Below, piece after piece: positions 24,916-39,100 of a DNA stretch of 64,000 nt. Numbering within the stretch: position 1 is the stretch's first letter; every line of letters begins with the position of its first letter. Origin of the DNA: Macrostomum hystrix (taxonomy: Eukaryota; Animalia; Platyhelminthes); contig CATNEN010000002.1 in NCBI GenBank assembly GCA_950097015.1, forward strand, positions 6,572,001 through 6,636,000, given 5' to 3'. The translations under genes and the position numbers were made by a program. A model generated the notes under the pieces. The model ran no database searches and was not told the DNA's origin. It saw only the letters and a list, made by a program, of their open reading frames with translations.

Positions 24916-26343
24916 TATATAATTACTCTTACGTAATACCGTTTATTAAAGTTCATGATTTAAATGCGAGAACTAAGAATGCAATGAATAGTGGCTCTCA
25001 ACTCTATCAAGGAGAACCAAAACGTTGAAAATGCTTGCGGCGAGAAAGAAAAAATCATAAAAAACGGGGAGCATAATAGGAAATTCTTGGAAATTTTGAC
25101 TAAAGTAGTTCACTTGGGCCTAGGCCCTTGTCCCAGCGGAGTATTTAAAAAAAACATCGATGACTTGATTGCAAAATAGCAAAAACGTGCCCAAAATATT
25201 TAACAAATTTGAAATTGCACTCCAGCTATTCGTTTGCTAAAACAAACATTTGAGTAACTTTCAAACGGTAAACAGAAATGCAATAAAAACTCTAATCACC
25301 AGAATTGAAAAACGTGATTAAACGCGAAATAATATTCTAATTGTCGTTTAAAATGTCTGTTGCTGGATGCGTTTGTCGATTTTAAAGTGAAAAAATCAGT
25401 ACATTTTACTTGCATTGCATTCCAAGTGAATATTTGCATGCTTTGAATGACATGGAGTTGAACTATCAGTATTTTGTTCCGACATAAAACTTTATTAACT
25501 ATTAGCTTTCTAATGCTAAAGTGCATAATGCTGTTTTACTTTGTAGCTAACTCTATTTGGAAGCAAAACACTTGCGGTGTAACAAAAAGGAGTTTATTTT
25601 TTAGTTTTGATATATATATAATTGATAGCAAACTTTAAATTGAATACTGTGTGCCTCGCCCTTAGTTATACATTTTTAACTTCATAAATTCGATTTATTA
25701 TTTTTAGCCTACGTGTGTCAATGTGAGGTTAATATTTATGCATTAAGCATACAACAGTAAACATTTTTTGAGTTGTTTGTAATGTCAGCTCTTATCAAGT
25801 AGCTGTGCGACCAAGCACTTCATTATATTTATGTGACCTTGTATTCTTTAAACTCATTTGTATCCTTCCTTTTGTTTAATTTGGACTTACCTATTTATAA
25901 GTAACAAGTTTAGTAAATATATATTTAGCTCAAATGTTTTCTTCTCTCATGGGAGAAAAGTATACTTAATTGACTTTGTGACTGACAGTTTTGTAATAGT
26001 GCAATCGACTAAAAAGTGGTTGTAACTCTATCAATTCATCAATGAGTTTAACTCTATATTTAATACTAAATCAAAACACATGCCCCATGAATTTAATTAA
26101 ATTATATTATAATTGTGTTATCAGATTAATAGATATATTTCTTATACTCTTTTTTAAATTATATTAATTGAAATTTCAATTACACATTGTTTCACAGCAC
26201 TTGCTCTTTTTAACAAGCTTATGCATATTAAGCATAGAACTTAGAAATTAATTTATAGGTGAGCAATAATTAAAGTAAAAAAATCGTGAAAACTAAACCT
26301 GAAGACCCACAGCCTCAGTCAGTGATAATAGCAGCAATCAGCC

Positions 26344-28607
26344 ATGAGCTTACCAGAATACAGTGACAGTGTTGACCTGCAGTCTTGCTCCACCTGCGGT
26401 CGCACATTCCGGCCCGATGTGCTGGTCAAGCACGCGCCGATCTGTCGCAAATCGGCACAAAAGAAGCGCCGCGTGTTCGAGTCCGGCAAGCAGCGAGCCA
26501 CCGGATCCGACGTGCCAATTAACAAGATCATCAAAGTGAATCAGCCACCGCCACGCGATCCAGCCAAAGTTCAGGTGAGCTTCATTTCATGAGCAGCGAA
26601 TTGCTCATTGTTAGCCGTGCTCTTTGCATTCGTTGAAACATTTTCGAAGTCTACTCTAACAGTTTGAAGCGTGATTTTTATTTTACTTCCTGTTCGATAA
26701 GTTCCTAATGTCTCATGGTTGAGTAGTCTTGGATGTTGAGTAGTCTTGTGTTTAGGATGTTGAGTAGTCTTGTGTTTAGGATGTTGAGTAGTCTTGTGTT
26801 TAGGATGTTGAGTAGTCTTGTGTTTAGGATGTTGAGTAGTCTTGTGTTTAGGATGTTGAGTAGTCTTGTGTTTAGGATGTTGAGTAGTCTTGTGTTTAGG
26901 ATGTTGAGTAGTCTTGTGTTTAGGATGTTGAGTAGTCTTGTGTTTAGGATGTTGAGTAGTCTTGTCCTCTCTTGTGTCTCATGTATTGAGTAGTCTTGTG
27001 TCTCATGTATTGAGTAGTCTTGTGTCTCATGTATTGAGTAGTCTTGTGTCTCATGTATTGAGTAGTCTTGTGTCTCATGTATTGAGTAGTCTTGTGTCTC
27101 ATGTATTGAGTAGTCTTGTGTCTCATGTATTGAGTAGTCTTGTGTCTCATGTATTGAGTAGTCTTGTGTCTCATGTATTGAGTAGTCTTGTGTCTCATGT
27201 ATTGAGTAGTCTTGTGTCTCATGTATTGAGTAGTCTTGTGTCTCATGTATTGAGTAGTCTTGTGTCTCATGTATTGAGTAGTCTTGTGTCTCATGTATTG
27301 AGTAGTCTTGTGTCTCATGTATTGAGTAGTCTTGTGTCTCATGTATTGAGTAGTCTTGTGTCTCATGTATTGAGTAGTCTTGTGTCTCATGTATTGAGTA
27401 GTCTTGTGTCTCATGTATTGAGTAGTCTTGTGTCTCATGTATTGAGTCGCCTTGAGTCTCAGATGTTGCGTAGTCTTGTTTTTTCCCGATGTTTAGTTCG
27501 TCTTGTATTTCGAACGTTTCGACTGTTGATCAGTCTTGTGTATTTAGTGTTTACTAATCTCGAGTCTTCCTAATAGTGTGGCACATAATGTTGGCGCTAC
27601 ACTCTCATTTATCAAATTTTGGAGTTTAGAGTTGTCCAGACTGGGTGTCAGAATTCATACTTGCACAGACAAATATTAAAGCAGTCTCGGTTTAGTCGCA
27701 TGGCGTTCGCGCTGTCCCCCAGGCTGCCGCCGAGCGCAAGCACAACTGGCGCCAGCGGCACGAGGACTTCATCCGAAACATCCGGGCCGCCAAGCAGTAC
27801 CAGCACGCGGCCGAGACTGGCGCCCCGCTGCCGCCGCCGCCGCCGCCAACCATTGATCCCTCGCTGATCCTCTGCGACTACTGCGGTCGTCGCTTCAGCG
27901 AGAAAGCCGCCGACAGGCACATCCCGTTCTGTCGGGAGAAAAACGCCCGCATCAGCGGTCCTGGCGGAGGCGGCGGCGGACGCGGCGGCGGCATGACGAT
28001 GAAGACCAACCAGTACAACACCAGCGACGCTCACCAGAAGATGGCCGTCCGCACCCAGTACCAGCCGCCAAAACCGCGCGTCGCCGCACCATCTTCGTCA
28101 GCTGGCGGAGGCGCAGCTCCTGGCACCCGGGTGCCAAGCGGTGGCGCCCCTCTGCGCACCGGGAAAACCGTCAAAGACTACATGGACGCCAGGGAGCTGG
28201 CGGCGGAGAGTCGGGGAAATTCCGGCGGCGCGGCCGGCCGAGGCTCCGGCCCCGGAGCAGCGAGATATGGCGGCGCTGGCGGCGCTGGACCCGCGCGCTA
28301 CGGTGGAGGAGCCGGTGCTGGCGCCGCTGCAACGGGCCCAGCGCGATACGGATATGGCGGCGGTGCCGGCGGCGGTGGCGGCGGCGGCGGCGGCGGTGGC
28401 GGCGGTCCATCGAACGGCAGCGCCGGCTACGGCAGATCGCCAGCTGCTGGACCTCGCAGCGGAGGCGGCGGCTTTGGAGGGCCGCCAAGCGCCGGCGGCG
28501 GCAACGGCGGCCTGTCGAACTTCTGTCACGAGTGCGGCAACAAGTATCCCACAGGCACGGCGAAGTTCTGTGTTCAGTGCGGCTGCAAGCGGGTCTCTAT
28601 CAGCTGA
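26344..28607 (+). CDS. ZC2HC1A: Zinc finger C2HC domain-containing protein 1A-like (FAM164 family), 371 aa
   Basis: Exons 26344-26574 and 27723-28607 (phase 0). C2HC fingers CSTCGRTF..KHAPIC and CDYCGRRF..RHIPFC, NWRQRHEDFIRNIR motif, and a C-terminal FCHECG..KFCVQCG ribbon. Confidence 0.88.
26718..27450. repeat. Compound 24-bp minisatellite in the ZC2HC1A intron (two sub-arrays)
   Basis: gatgttgagtagtcttgtgtttag about x9 (to ~26965), then atgtattgagtagtcttgtgtctc about x19. Degenerate copies continue to ~27570. Confidence 0.95.
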
Positions 28608-29379
28608 AGCGGCTGTTGACAGAATCGATTCGAAACTTGCTTGCAAATTACCCAAAATATTTACTCCTTAATTTTGTCTCTATCAGGCTCTTTCTCAGTG
28701 TGCTATATTACTAAATATAATTAACGTACAGTACAATTGGAACCAAGCAGAGATTTCCGTCACTACATTAGCTAATACTAGCCAGGCTCAGTTGCCTATT
28801 AGAGAGACGATCAGTTAGGCGAAAATGCATATCACAGAGTTTTTATTCAATGAAAGTTAATTTTTCTAATCCAAAAAATAAATTCACTAATTTCTATTGA
28901 CATCAGATGTGGTCTTGTTTGTGCATATCTAATGCTCTAATTGTGCCCTTATTCGATCCGTCCTTTTGTTTTAGCAGTTCTATAAATAGCCGTCCAAGTC
29001 AACACACCCCACCCTGCTGCTTATTTTCTTTGCCTTTCGATGCACTCGGAGGACATATTTTCAAGCTATTTACACTTCAGCTCTAATAAAGTGGCTGGAT
29101 AAACTAAGACATAAGAATGTCTTCTTTTAGTTCAGCTGGAGTCGAAATTTTTGGCTGATGAATAATACTACTGACAAAAAGTAGACAAAATGAACATTGT
29201 TATTGATAATAAAACAATAATAACTAAGATTATATCACTTTTCTGTGCTTTACGTCACACATGCAAATGCAAAACATTCCTTCCAATCTAATGCTCTATA
29301 AGTTGTTTAAATTATAAATATAACTGAATATTCCGTCCTATTTTGTTTTTTCTTTCTCACGCCAAACACTATTTTACTA

Positions 29380-29735
29380 CTGTGATTGCACTACTATATA
29401 TTATATTTGAGTATGAAACATTCGATGTGTACTGTGTTAATTTTGATTTATTGTAACTTTATGTATTTCTTTATTATTTATTTATGTATTATTTATTTCT
29501 TTATTATTTATTTATTTATTTATTTCTTTATTATATTTATTTATTTATTTATGTATTTACTTTTTATTTAATATTAATTAATTAATATATTAATTTATTA
29601 ATTTATTATATATATATACATATATTTATTTATTTATTATTTATATTTTTATTTATTTATTTATTTATGTATTTCTTTTTTATATGTATATATTTTTATT
29701 TATGTATTTATTATGTAGTTATGTACTTATTTTTT
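29380..29735. repeat. AT-rich low-complexity (TTTA/TAT) tract
   Basis: Runs of atttatttat. Confidence 0.85.
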
Positions 29736-31595
29736 TCTGTTTAAGATAAAACAAATTCAATCGCCTCTGTGTTCTTATAGCTTACAGAATTGCAAAGTTA
29801 ACTTTTCTAACCCGTCTGATTTGTGTTGAAGTTTCTAAACATAGCTCCTGTAGTAGTGCGTGCTCTATTTACTACATTTATAACCTACGAACCTCGTAGA
29901 ATAGTAGTCCACAATACTTCTGCACGTATACCAATTTGCAGTTAAATTAAGCTTGTCTATTTTTGCAAAAACTGTAAACCTGATTTTATTTGTATTCAAA
30001 TCCATTGGTGACTGCATGGCTGTATCTCTTCTAAAAATAGCAATGAATCGAAACTTTGTAGCTAGTTATAATTTGAAGGCCATTTGAAGAAGTTAAAGTT
30101 TTCTTAAATTGTCACGTCAAAATTTTTATGATTGTGTTGCCGTCCTATAAAATTTCTTGATTTTTTATAGAATGTTCTATAATATGTTAACTTTCTCGGG
30201 AAGTGCTTTTTTAAACGGAGACTGGTGACGTCACAGAACATACGTCGCACTAATGACGTCACTCTAATGACGTCACTTGGCTTATTTTTTACTTTTGAGA
30301 ATTATGAAATTAATTGTGACCAAAAAGAGTACTTACTGTGATTCCATATTAGTGATTAATTCTAATGCTTACGTACTGTTTTATAAAGTTTTGTTTATTT
30401 GTCTGACTTTAAAATTCATAATCAATAAAACTGCTTGTAGACAACAAACAACCAAAGCGCTGGTAATGTAATCACATACACAATGCCTCCTTTCTATTGC
30501 TTCTAAATATAACTATTTTCCCCCTTTTTGTCTGGCAGTGGACTGACCCATTGTTTGGCTTTGTTAATTACCGATTCAATTATCTGCTTAGCAACAGCTA
30601 GAATTCGAATCGAAACAGAATTAGCACGTCTAATAGGTTTGCTCCTAGACGCTTTATATTGTAATTAAACATACTTTATCCATCGATTTCGGAGGAGAAA
30701 AACGAGGCATCAAACATTTCATTCAGTTATTCATTAGAACAAAAAAACAATTTCCCTACAAGAAGCTTGATCAATGATATCTGTGAAATTTCTATTGCAT
30801 CCTCTGCCATCTCTCTTCCCTTTTCTCTCTTACTTATATTTTTTGTTTATTTTTAGTGCATTTTTTTCTAGCAAAAATATTTTTTTAACGATCTGAAATT
30901 GGGAATTTTTTCCCATGCCAAAGCATATCAGATCCCGAAATGCGGATGTGGGACATTTATCCCACTCTGCATCTGATAAATGCCCAACTCTAAAAGCTCG
31001 AGGGATTTCAGCTGGCAGTGGGGATTTTATTTTGCGTGTCATTTCTGTCGGAAGATGCTCAGTGGGAAATGCTGCATTAATTTAGAAGACAGAATTAATT
31101 TACAGGCAGTCAGTTTGGGAAAGCGCTTAGCTTACTTAGCAAGCTTATGAGCATTGTCAATCTTATCTGGAGTAGCCAAACAGGCTCATTAACAGGTGAC
31201 TCGGCCTCTGTCCGTACAGCACCCTCCGATTGCTGTGTCTATCTAAATGGAAGGCCCCAGATTCATTGTGCTTGATTGCGCAGTGCTTTTCCTTCCGGAT
31301 GGGCATTTTCGGCAGGGACTTCTTTAGCAAATCAGGGAGCACGGACTAATAATTATCCATTGGCCGCAAGAGCAATTTCTGGGCAGCTGCAATTAGCCCC
31401 AGTGCTTCGTGTTCCACATCGTTTCCTCGGCAGATAATTGCAGGCCTAAATTTGGAAGCCTAGAGAATGCCGCTGTAGTAGTACATATAACTAATTTTGA
31501 AAAGTTTTTTATAACAAGTTATTTTAAGTCGATTTAAAACTAAATATTGCATGAACCTAACCAATATTAGGACGCCCGAGTTCTATTATGCCCAC

Positions 31596-31840
31596 TCACT
31601 CCGCACCCACCTTAAGCACCAACCTCACACCGTCAAGCACCCACCTCACTCCATCTAGCACCCACCTCACTCCGTCAAGCACCCACCTAACTCCATCTAG
31701 CACCCACCTCACTCCGCCTGATACCCACCCCACCCCGTCTAGCTCCAACCTCACTCCATCTAGCATCCACCTCACTCCATATGACACCCACCTCACTCCG
31801 TCTAGCACCAACCTCACTCCGTCTAGCACCCATCTCACTC
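31596..31840. repeat. 21-bp minisatellite (about 11 copies)
   Basis: Unit ctcactcc(a/g)tctagcacccac. Confidence 0.92.
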
Positions 31841-31982
31841 CGCAATCCGATGGCTAGAATGATCGTAATGCGAATAAGGCGAATAATAAGGCCAACAAAA
31901 AATAACGTAAAGATGTGACCTCTTCCGCACTTCGTGAATTCGAAAAAAGAATGATTTATCGAATTGCAGCTCATAGCAACCG

Positions 31983-33117
31983 ATGGCAGAGACGGAACGC
32001 AGCGTTGCAACACAAGATACTAGCAACAGGCAGCTGACTCTGCCGCCACCGAATCACACCAGCAAGTATCACCTGATCTACAGCCTGCGCAAAGGGCTTG
32101 ACGAGGACAATGTCCTCGATTACGCGGACTTTTTGAAGCAAGTTTCTCTTAAATTTATTCGCTTGGCTGCTTATGTTTTTGTCCGCAATAGTTATCGTTA
32201 TTGAAATTCTAAGAAAGTTCTATACCCACGATAATTTTCTTTCTTCAAGCAAACTATTGTTGGGAGAACGTACAAAAGCTGCGATTCTTGTAAAATAGTT
32301 GCTTTGATTCCAGGAAAGCTGTAGCTTTAATTCTAGGAAAGTTGTAGCTTCGATTCTAGGAAAGCTGTAGCTTCAATTCTAGGAAAGTTTTAGCTTCAAT
32401 TCAAGGAAAGTTGCAGCTTCGATTTTAGGAAAGATGTATATTCAATTCCAAGAAAGCTGTGCTTCTATTCTAGGAAACCTGTAGCTCCGATATTAAGAAA
32501 TTTGTAGCTTGATTCTTTGAAATTTTTAGCTCGATTCGTAGAATATTGTTGCTCGGATTCTAGGAAAATTGTAGCTTCTCTTTTAAGAAATTTGAAGCTT
32601 CGATTCCAGGAAAGCTGTAGCTTCTATTCTAGGAAAGTTGAATCATTGGTTCTAGTAGAATTGTAGCTTCGATTCTATGAAAGTTATATATTCTATTCTA
32701 GTAAACTTTTAGCTTCGATTCTAGTAAACTTGTTGCCTCAATTCTAGGAAAGCGGTAGCTTCAATTCTAGGAAAGCTGTAGCTTGGAATCAAAGAAAGTT
32801 GTAGCTTCGATTTTATTAAATTTGTAGCTACGATTCTGCAAAATTTTATCTACGAGCTCTACCAAAACTTTTGCTGCCATTTTAAAATATTTTAAGATGC
32901 TTGCTACGATTGTAGTAAAGTCCTTTAGCCATTCCGGTAATGCTCCAAAATATTACGCTTTTATTTCCCAGTTCTCGCGAGCGCATGTGCTGCCCAGACG
33001 GCTATGTGGACAGTCGCAAGCTCATCTACCAGTACCAGCTGCACTCGCCTAACTTTAGCGTCGATCACCAGGTTAAGCCCGATGGCGACAGAGCTCATGG
33101 GCCAACCACTGCGAGAA

Positions 33118-33151
<34 letters not shown>

Positions 33152-36100
33152 AAGCTCCCAGTCCAAAGTGATCGCCTTGTCGGTGAATCGGGAACGCTTC
33201 GAAAGAGAATACCTGGCCAAGCTGAAGAAAACAGAGGTGAGAGAATGGGGAAACTAAGTTAAAAATGGGATAAACAGAAACTCTAGAGTGATTTTCAAGA
33301 ATTTTGGGGATTTAGGGAATAATATCCAGGTGAGACTTGCTTCAGGTGAGATTCTGGGGATCTAGGGAATTTGGTGAGATTCTGGGGATCTAGGGAATTT
33401 GGTGAGATTCTGGGGATCTAGGGAATTTGGTGAGATTCTGGGGATCTAGGGAATTTGGTGAGATTCTGGGGATCTAAGGAATTTGGTGAGATTCTGGGGA
33501 TCTAGGGAATTTGGTGAGATTCTAAGGGATCTAGGGAATTTGGTGAGATTCTGGGGATCTAGGGAAATTTCTGGGATTCTGGGGATCTAGGGAACATACT
33601 CCAGGTGGGATTCTGGGGATCTAGGGAATTTGGTGAGATTCAGGGGATCTAGGGAATTTGGTGAGATTCTGGGGATCTATGGAATTTGGTGAGATTCTGG
33701 GGATCTAGAGGGTATTTGGTGAGATTCTGGGGATCTATGGAATTTGGTGAGATTCTGGGGATCTAGGGAATTTGGTGAGATTCAGGGGATCTAGGGAATT
33801 TGGTGAGATTCTGGGGATCTATGGAATTTGGTGAGATTCTGGGGATCTAGGGTATTTGGTGAGATTCTGGGGATCTATGGAATTTGGTGAGATTCTGGGG
33901 ATCTAGGGAATTTGGTGAGATTCTGGGGATCTAGGGAATTTGGTGAGATTCTGGGGATCTAGGGAATTTGGTGAGATTCTGGGGATCTAGGGAATTTGGT
34001 GAGATTCTGGGGATCTAGGGAATTTGGTGAGATTCTGGGGATCTAGGGTATTTGGTGAGATTCTGGGGATCTAGGGAATTTGGTGAGATTCTGGGGATCT
34101 AGGGTATTTGGTGAGATTCTGGGGATCTATGGAATTTGGTGAGATTCTGGGGATCTAGGGAATTTGGTGAGATTCTGGGGATCTAGGGAATTTGGTGAGA
34201 TTCTGGGGATCTAGGGAATTTGGTGAGATTCTGGGGATCTAGGGAATTCACTCTACTTGGGAGTTTGGGGATTGGTGATTGCAAGGAGATGGGAATGTTC
34301 GGCAAGGACTGCAAGAAGCTTGGAGCGAGTGAAGTTTAGCAGCAGCCAACTTTTGTCGGATTTGAGCACGGCTGAGCAGTCGGACTCAGACGGGAGTTTT
34401 TTTCGCTTCTATGCTATTATTTTTTGCATTTAATTAATTGCTTCTGCAGCCCAGGTAGGCAGGCGTCCAGGCGGTCTGACTTTTTATCCTTTGAAGCCTG
34501 CCTTTGAGTGTTTGATTTTGAGTCTTTCCAATGCGGAAGTTCTTGTCGCGAATGGAACTCGGATCCACTGATTGACCCTCAAGTCTGAATTGAGTTCCAG
34601 AGAATATTCTCTTCTTTGAGTCGCAGACATGGTACAGTACAGGCCAGAACAAACTACCGACCGTTTGATGAGAATCATTTCAATTCTTGAAATTCATTTT
34701 CTATATAGTACATTTCGTATTCCATTGTAAACAAGGAAATTTATACCCATTTTACTTACCTTTTAGAAGATCCCACTCTAACCCGTTTCCATTGATCAAT
34801 CCCAGACTCACTAATCCCACACTCACTAATCTCACACACACTAATCCCACACTCACTAATCCCACACTCACTAAACCCACACTCACCAATCCCACACTCA
34901 TCAATCCCGCACTCACTAATCTCACACTCACTAATCCCGCACTCACTAACCCCACACTCACTAAACCCACACTCACCAATCCCACACTCACCAATCCAAC
35001 ACTCACCAATCCCACACTCACTAATCCCACACTCACCAATCCCACACTCACCAATCCCACACTCACCAATCCCACAGTCACTAATCTCACACACACTAAT
35101 CCGACACTCACTAATCCCACTCTCACTAATCCCACACTCACTAATCCCACACTCACCAATCCCACACTCATCAATCCCGCACTCACTAATCTCACACTCA
35201 CTAATCCCACATTCACCAATCCCACACTCACTAATCCCACACTCACCAATCCCACACTCACTAATCCCACACTCACTAATCCCACACTCACCAATCCCAC
35301 ACTCACCAATCCCACACTCACCAATCCCACACTCACTAATCCCACACTCACCAATCCCACACTCACCAATCCCACACTCACTAATCCCACACTCACTAAT
35401 CCCATACCCACAAATCTCGCAATCATAAATTAAAGATTCTGTTTAAAGAGCTCAAATAGAATAGATGTGACTAAGTTAATTTCGAACCCATTTTAGGCAC
35501 TCCAGGTTGACACAATGACGCAAGGTACTTACTTAATCCACTCGATATAGTAGCTCGTGTATCTCACCGTTGTGACTTTTGCACCGAATAATTGTCACGT
35601 TAAAATCCGTACAATTTTGCAAGCTATTTCACAAAGAAGATTCTAACTATCTCGTGTTTGAATTATTTTAAGACAAGAGTTCTAGTTTCTCTTATAGTTT
35701 TTAATTGTGTAATAATTGTTGACACAGGTTCAAATTGGTCAGTAGGTATAGTTTACAGGTGATTTAGTGATTAAAGTGCATTTCCTTACTGGCTAGGTCA
35801 TTCTTTAACGAGCTGTTATAGTGAGCTGCCTGCTGTCTATTTGTCTTTTTCACTTACAAATTCGTCAATCGCACGATAACTTACTGTTACACCAATATCT
35901 CGATACTCATTATCTGGATCTGTCTTACTTTACTTTGAATCCGATAAGTAGGAGAGTCTCGGAATGTTATTTAAACACATCTGTCTGTGAAGTTCTAATT
36001 TTGTATTCACAGTCCATACACTTCACAGTCCACCAGACACTTCACAGTCCACCAGAAACTTCACAGTCCACCAGAAATTTCACAGTCCACCAGAAACTTC

Positions 36101-39100
36101 ACAGTCCACCAGAAACTTCACAGTCCACCAGACACGTCACAGTCCAGACACTTCACAGTCCACCAGACACTTTACAGTCCACCAGACACTTCACAGTCCA
36201 CCAGACACTTCACAGTCCACCAGAAAATTCACAGTCCACCAGAAACTTCACAGTCCAGACACTTCACAGTCCAGACACTTCACAGTCCAGACGCTTCACA
36301 GTCCAGACACTTCACAGTCCACACACTTCACAGTCCACCAGACACTTCACAGTCCACCAGAAACTTCACAGTCCACCAGAAACTTCACAGTCCACCAGAA
36401 ACTTCACAGTCCACCAGAAACTTCACAGTCCACCAGACACGTCACAGTCCAGACACTTCACAGTCCAGACACTTCACAGTCCACCAGACACTTTACAGTC
36501 CACCAGACACTTCACAGTCCACCACACACTTCACAGTCCACCAGAAACTTCACAGTCCACCAGAAACTTCACAGTCCAGACACTTCACAGTCCAGACACT
36601 TCACAGTCCTGACACTTCACAGTCCACACACTTCACAGTCCACCAGACACTTTACAGTCCATACACTTCACAGTCCACCAGACACTTCACAGTCCACCAG
36701 ACACTTCACAGTCTACCAGACACTTCACAGTCCACCAAACACTTCACAGTCCACCAGAAAATTCACAGTCCACCAGACACGTCACAGTCCATACACTTCA
36801 CAGTCCAGACACTTCACAGTCCACCACACACTTCACAGTCCACCAGACACTTCACAGTCCACCAGAAAATTCACAGTCCATACACTTCACAGTCCACCAG
36901 AAAATTCACAGTCCATACACTTCACAGTCCACCAGACACTTCACAGTCCACCAGACACTTCACAGTCCACCAGACACTTCACAGTCCACCAAACACTTCA
37001 CAGTCCACCAGAAAATTCACAGTCCACCAGACACGTCACAGTCCAGGCACTTCACAGTCCAGACACTTTACAGTCCACCACACACTTCACAGTCCACCAG
37101 ACACTTCACAGTCCACCAGACACTTCACAGTCCGCCAGAAAATTCACAGTCCATACACTTCACAGTCCACCAGAAAATTCACAGTCCATACACTTCACAG
37201 TCCACCAGACACTTCACAGTCCACCAGACACTTCACAGTCCACCAGACACTTTACAGTCCACCAGACACTTCACAGTCCACCACACACTTCACAGTCCAC
37301 CAGAAACTTCACAGTCCACCAGAAACTTCACAGTCCAGACACTTCACAGTCCAGACGCTTCACAGTCCAGACACTTCACAGTCCTGACACTTCACAGTCC
37401 ACACACTTCACAGTCCACCAGACACTTTACAGTCCATACACTTCACAGTCCACCAGACACTTCACAGTCCACCAGACACTTCACAGTCTACCAGACACTT
37501 CACAGTCCACCAAACACTTCACAGTCCACCAGAAAATTCACAGTCCACCAGACACGTCACAGTCCATACACTTCACAGTCCAGACACTTCACAGTCCACC
37601 ACACACTTCACAGTCCACCAGACACTTCACAGTCCACCAGAAACTTCACAGTCCACCAGAAACTTCACAGTCCACCAGACACGTCACAGTCCAGACACTT
37701 CACAGTCCAGACACTTCACAGTCCACCAGACACTTTACAGTCCACCAGACACTTCACAGTCCACCACACACTTCACAGTCCACCAGAAACTTCACAGTCC
37801 ACCAGAAACTTCACAGTCCAGACACTTCACAGTCCAGACACTTCACAGTCCTGACACTTCACAGTCCACACACTTCACAGTCCACCAGACACTTTACAGT
37901 CCATACACTTCACAGTCCACCAGACACTTCACAGTCCACCAGACACTTCACAGTCTACCAGACACTTCACAGTCCACCAAACACTTCACAGTCCACCAGA
38001 AAATTCACAGTCCACCAGACACGTCACAGTCCATACACTTCACAGTCCAGACACTTCACAGTCCACCACACACTTCACAGTCCACCAGACACTTCACAGT
38101 CCACCAGAAAATTCACAGTCCATACACTTCACAGTCCACCAGAAAATTCACAGTCCATACACTTCACAGTCCACCAGACACTTCACAGTCCACCAGACAC
38201 TTCACAGTCCACCAGACACTTCACAGTCCACCAAACACTTCACAGTCCACCAGAAAATTCACAGTCCACCAGACACGTCACAGTCCAGGCACTTCACAGT
38301 CCAGACACTTTACAGTCCACCACACACTTCACAGTCCACCAGACACTTCACAGTCCACCAGACACTTCACAGTCCGCCAGAAAATTCACAGTCCATACAC
38401 TTCACAGTCCACCAGAAAATTCACAGTCCATACACTTCACAGTCCACCAGACACTTCACAGTCCACCAGACACTTCACAGTCCACCAGACACTTTACAGT
38501 CCACCAGACACTTCACAGTCCACCACACACTTCACAGTCCACCAGAAACTTCACAGTCCACCAGAAACTTCACAGTCCAGACACTTCACAGTCCAGACGC
38601 TTCACAGTCCAGACACTTCACAGTCCTGACACTTCACAGTCCACACACTTCACAGTCCACCAGACACTTTACAGTCCATACACTTCACAGTCCACCAGAC
38701 ACTTCACAGTCCACCAGACACTTCACAGTCTACCAGACACTTCACAGTCCACCAAACACTTCACAGTCCACCAGAAAATTCACAGTCCACCAGACACGTC
38801 ACAGTCCATACACTTCACAGTCCAGACACTTCACAGTCCACCACACACTTCACAGTCCACCAGACACTTCACAGTCCACCAGAAAATTCACAGTCCATAC
38901 ACTTCACAGTCCACCAGAAAATTCACAGTCCATACACTTCACAGTCCACCAGACACTTCACAGTCCACCAGACACTTCACAGTCCACCAGACACTTCACA
39001 GTCCACCAAACACTTCACAGTCCACCAGAAAATTCACAGTCCACCAGACACGTCACAGTCCAGGCACTTCACAGTCCAGACACTTTACAGTCCACCACAC

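Noticed and set aside
26733-27573. MRHKTTQY / VLSSLVSH repeat ORFs
   Set aside because: 24-bp intronic array with no independent coding evidence.
34260-34680. Coding-like patches between intronic arrays
   Set aside because: Exon 2 to exon 3 joins in frame without them, and no homology was recognised.
34687-35433. LTNPT-repeat and VSVGL-repeat ORFs
   Set aside because: Stop-free by-product of a 15-bp intronic minisatellite.
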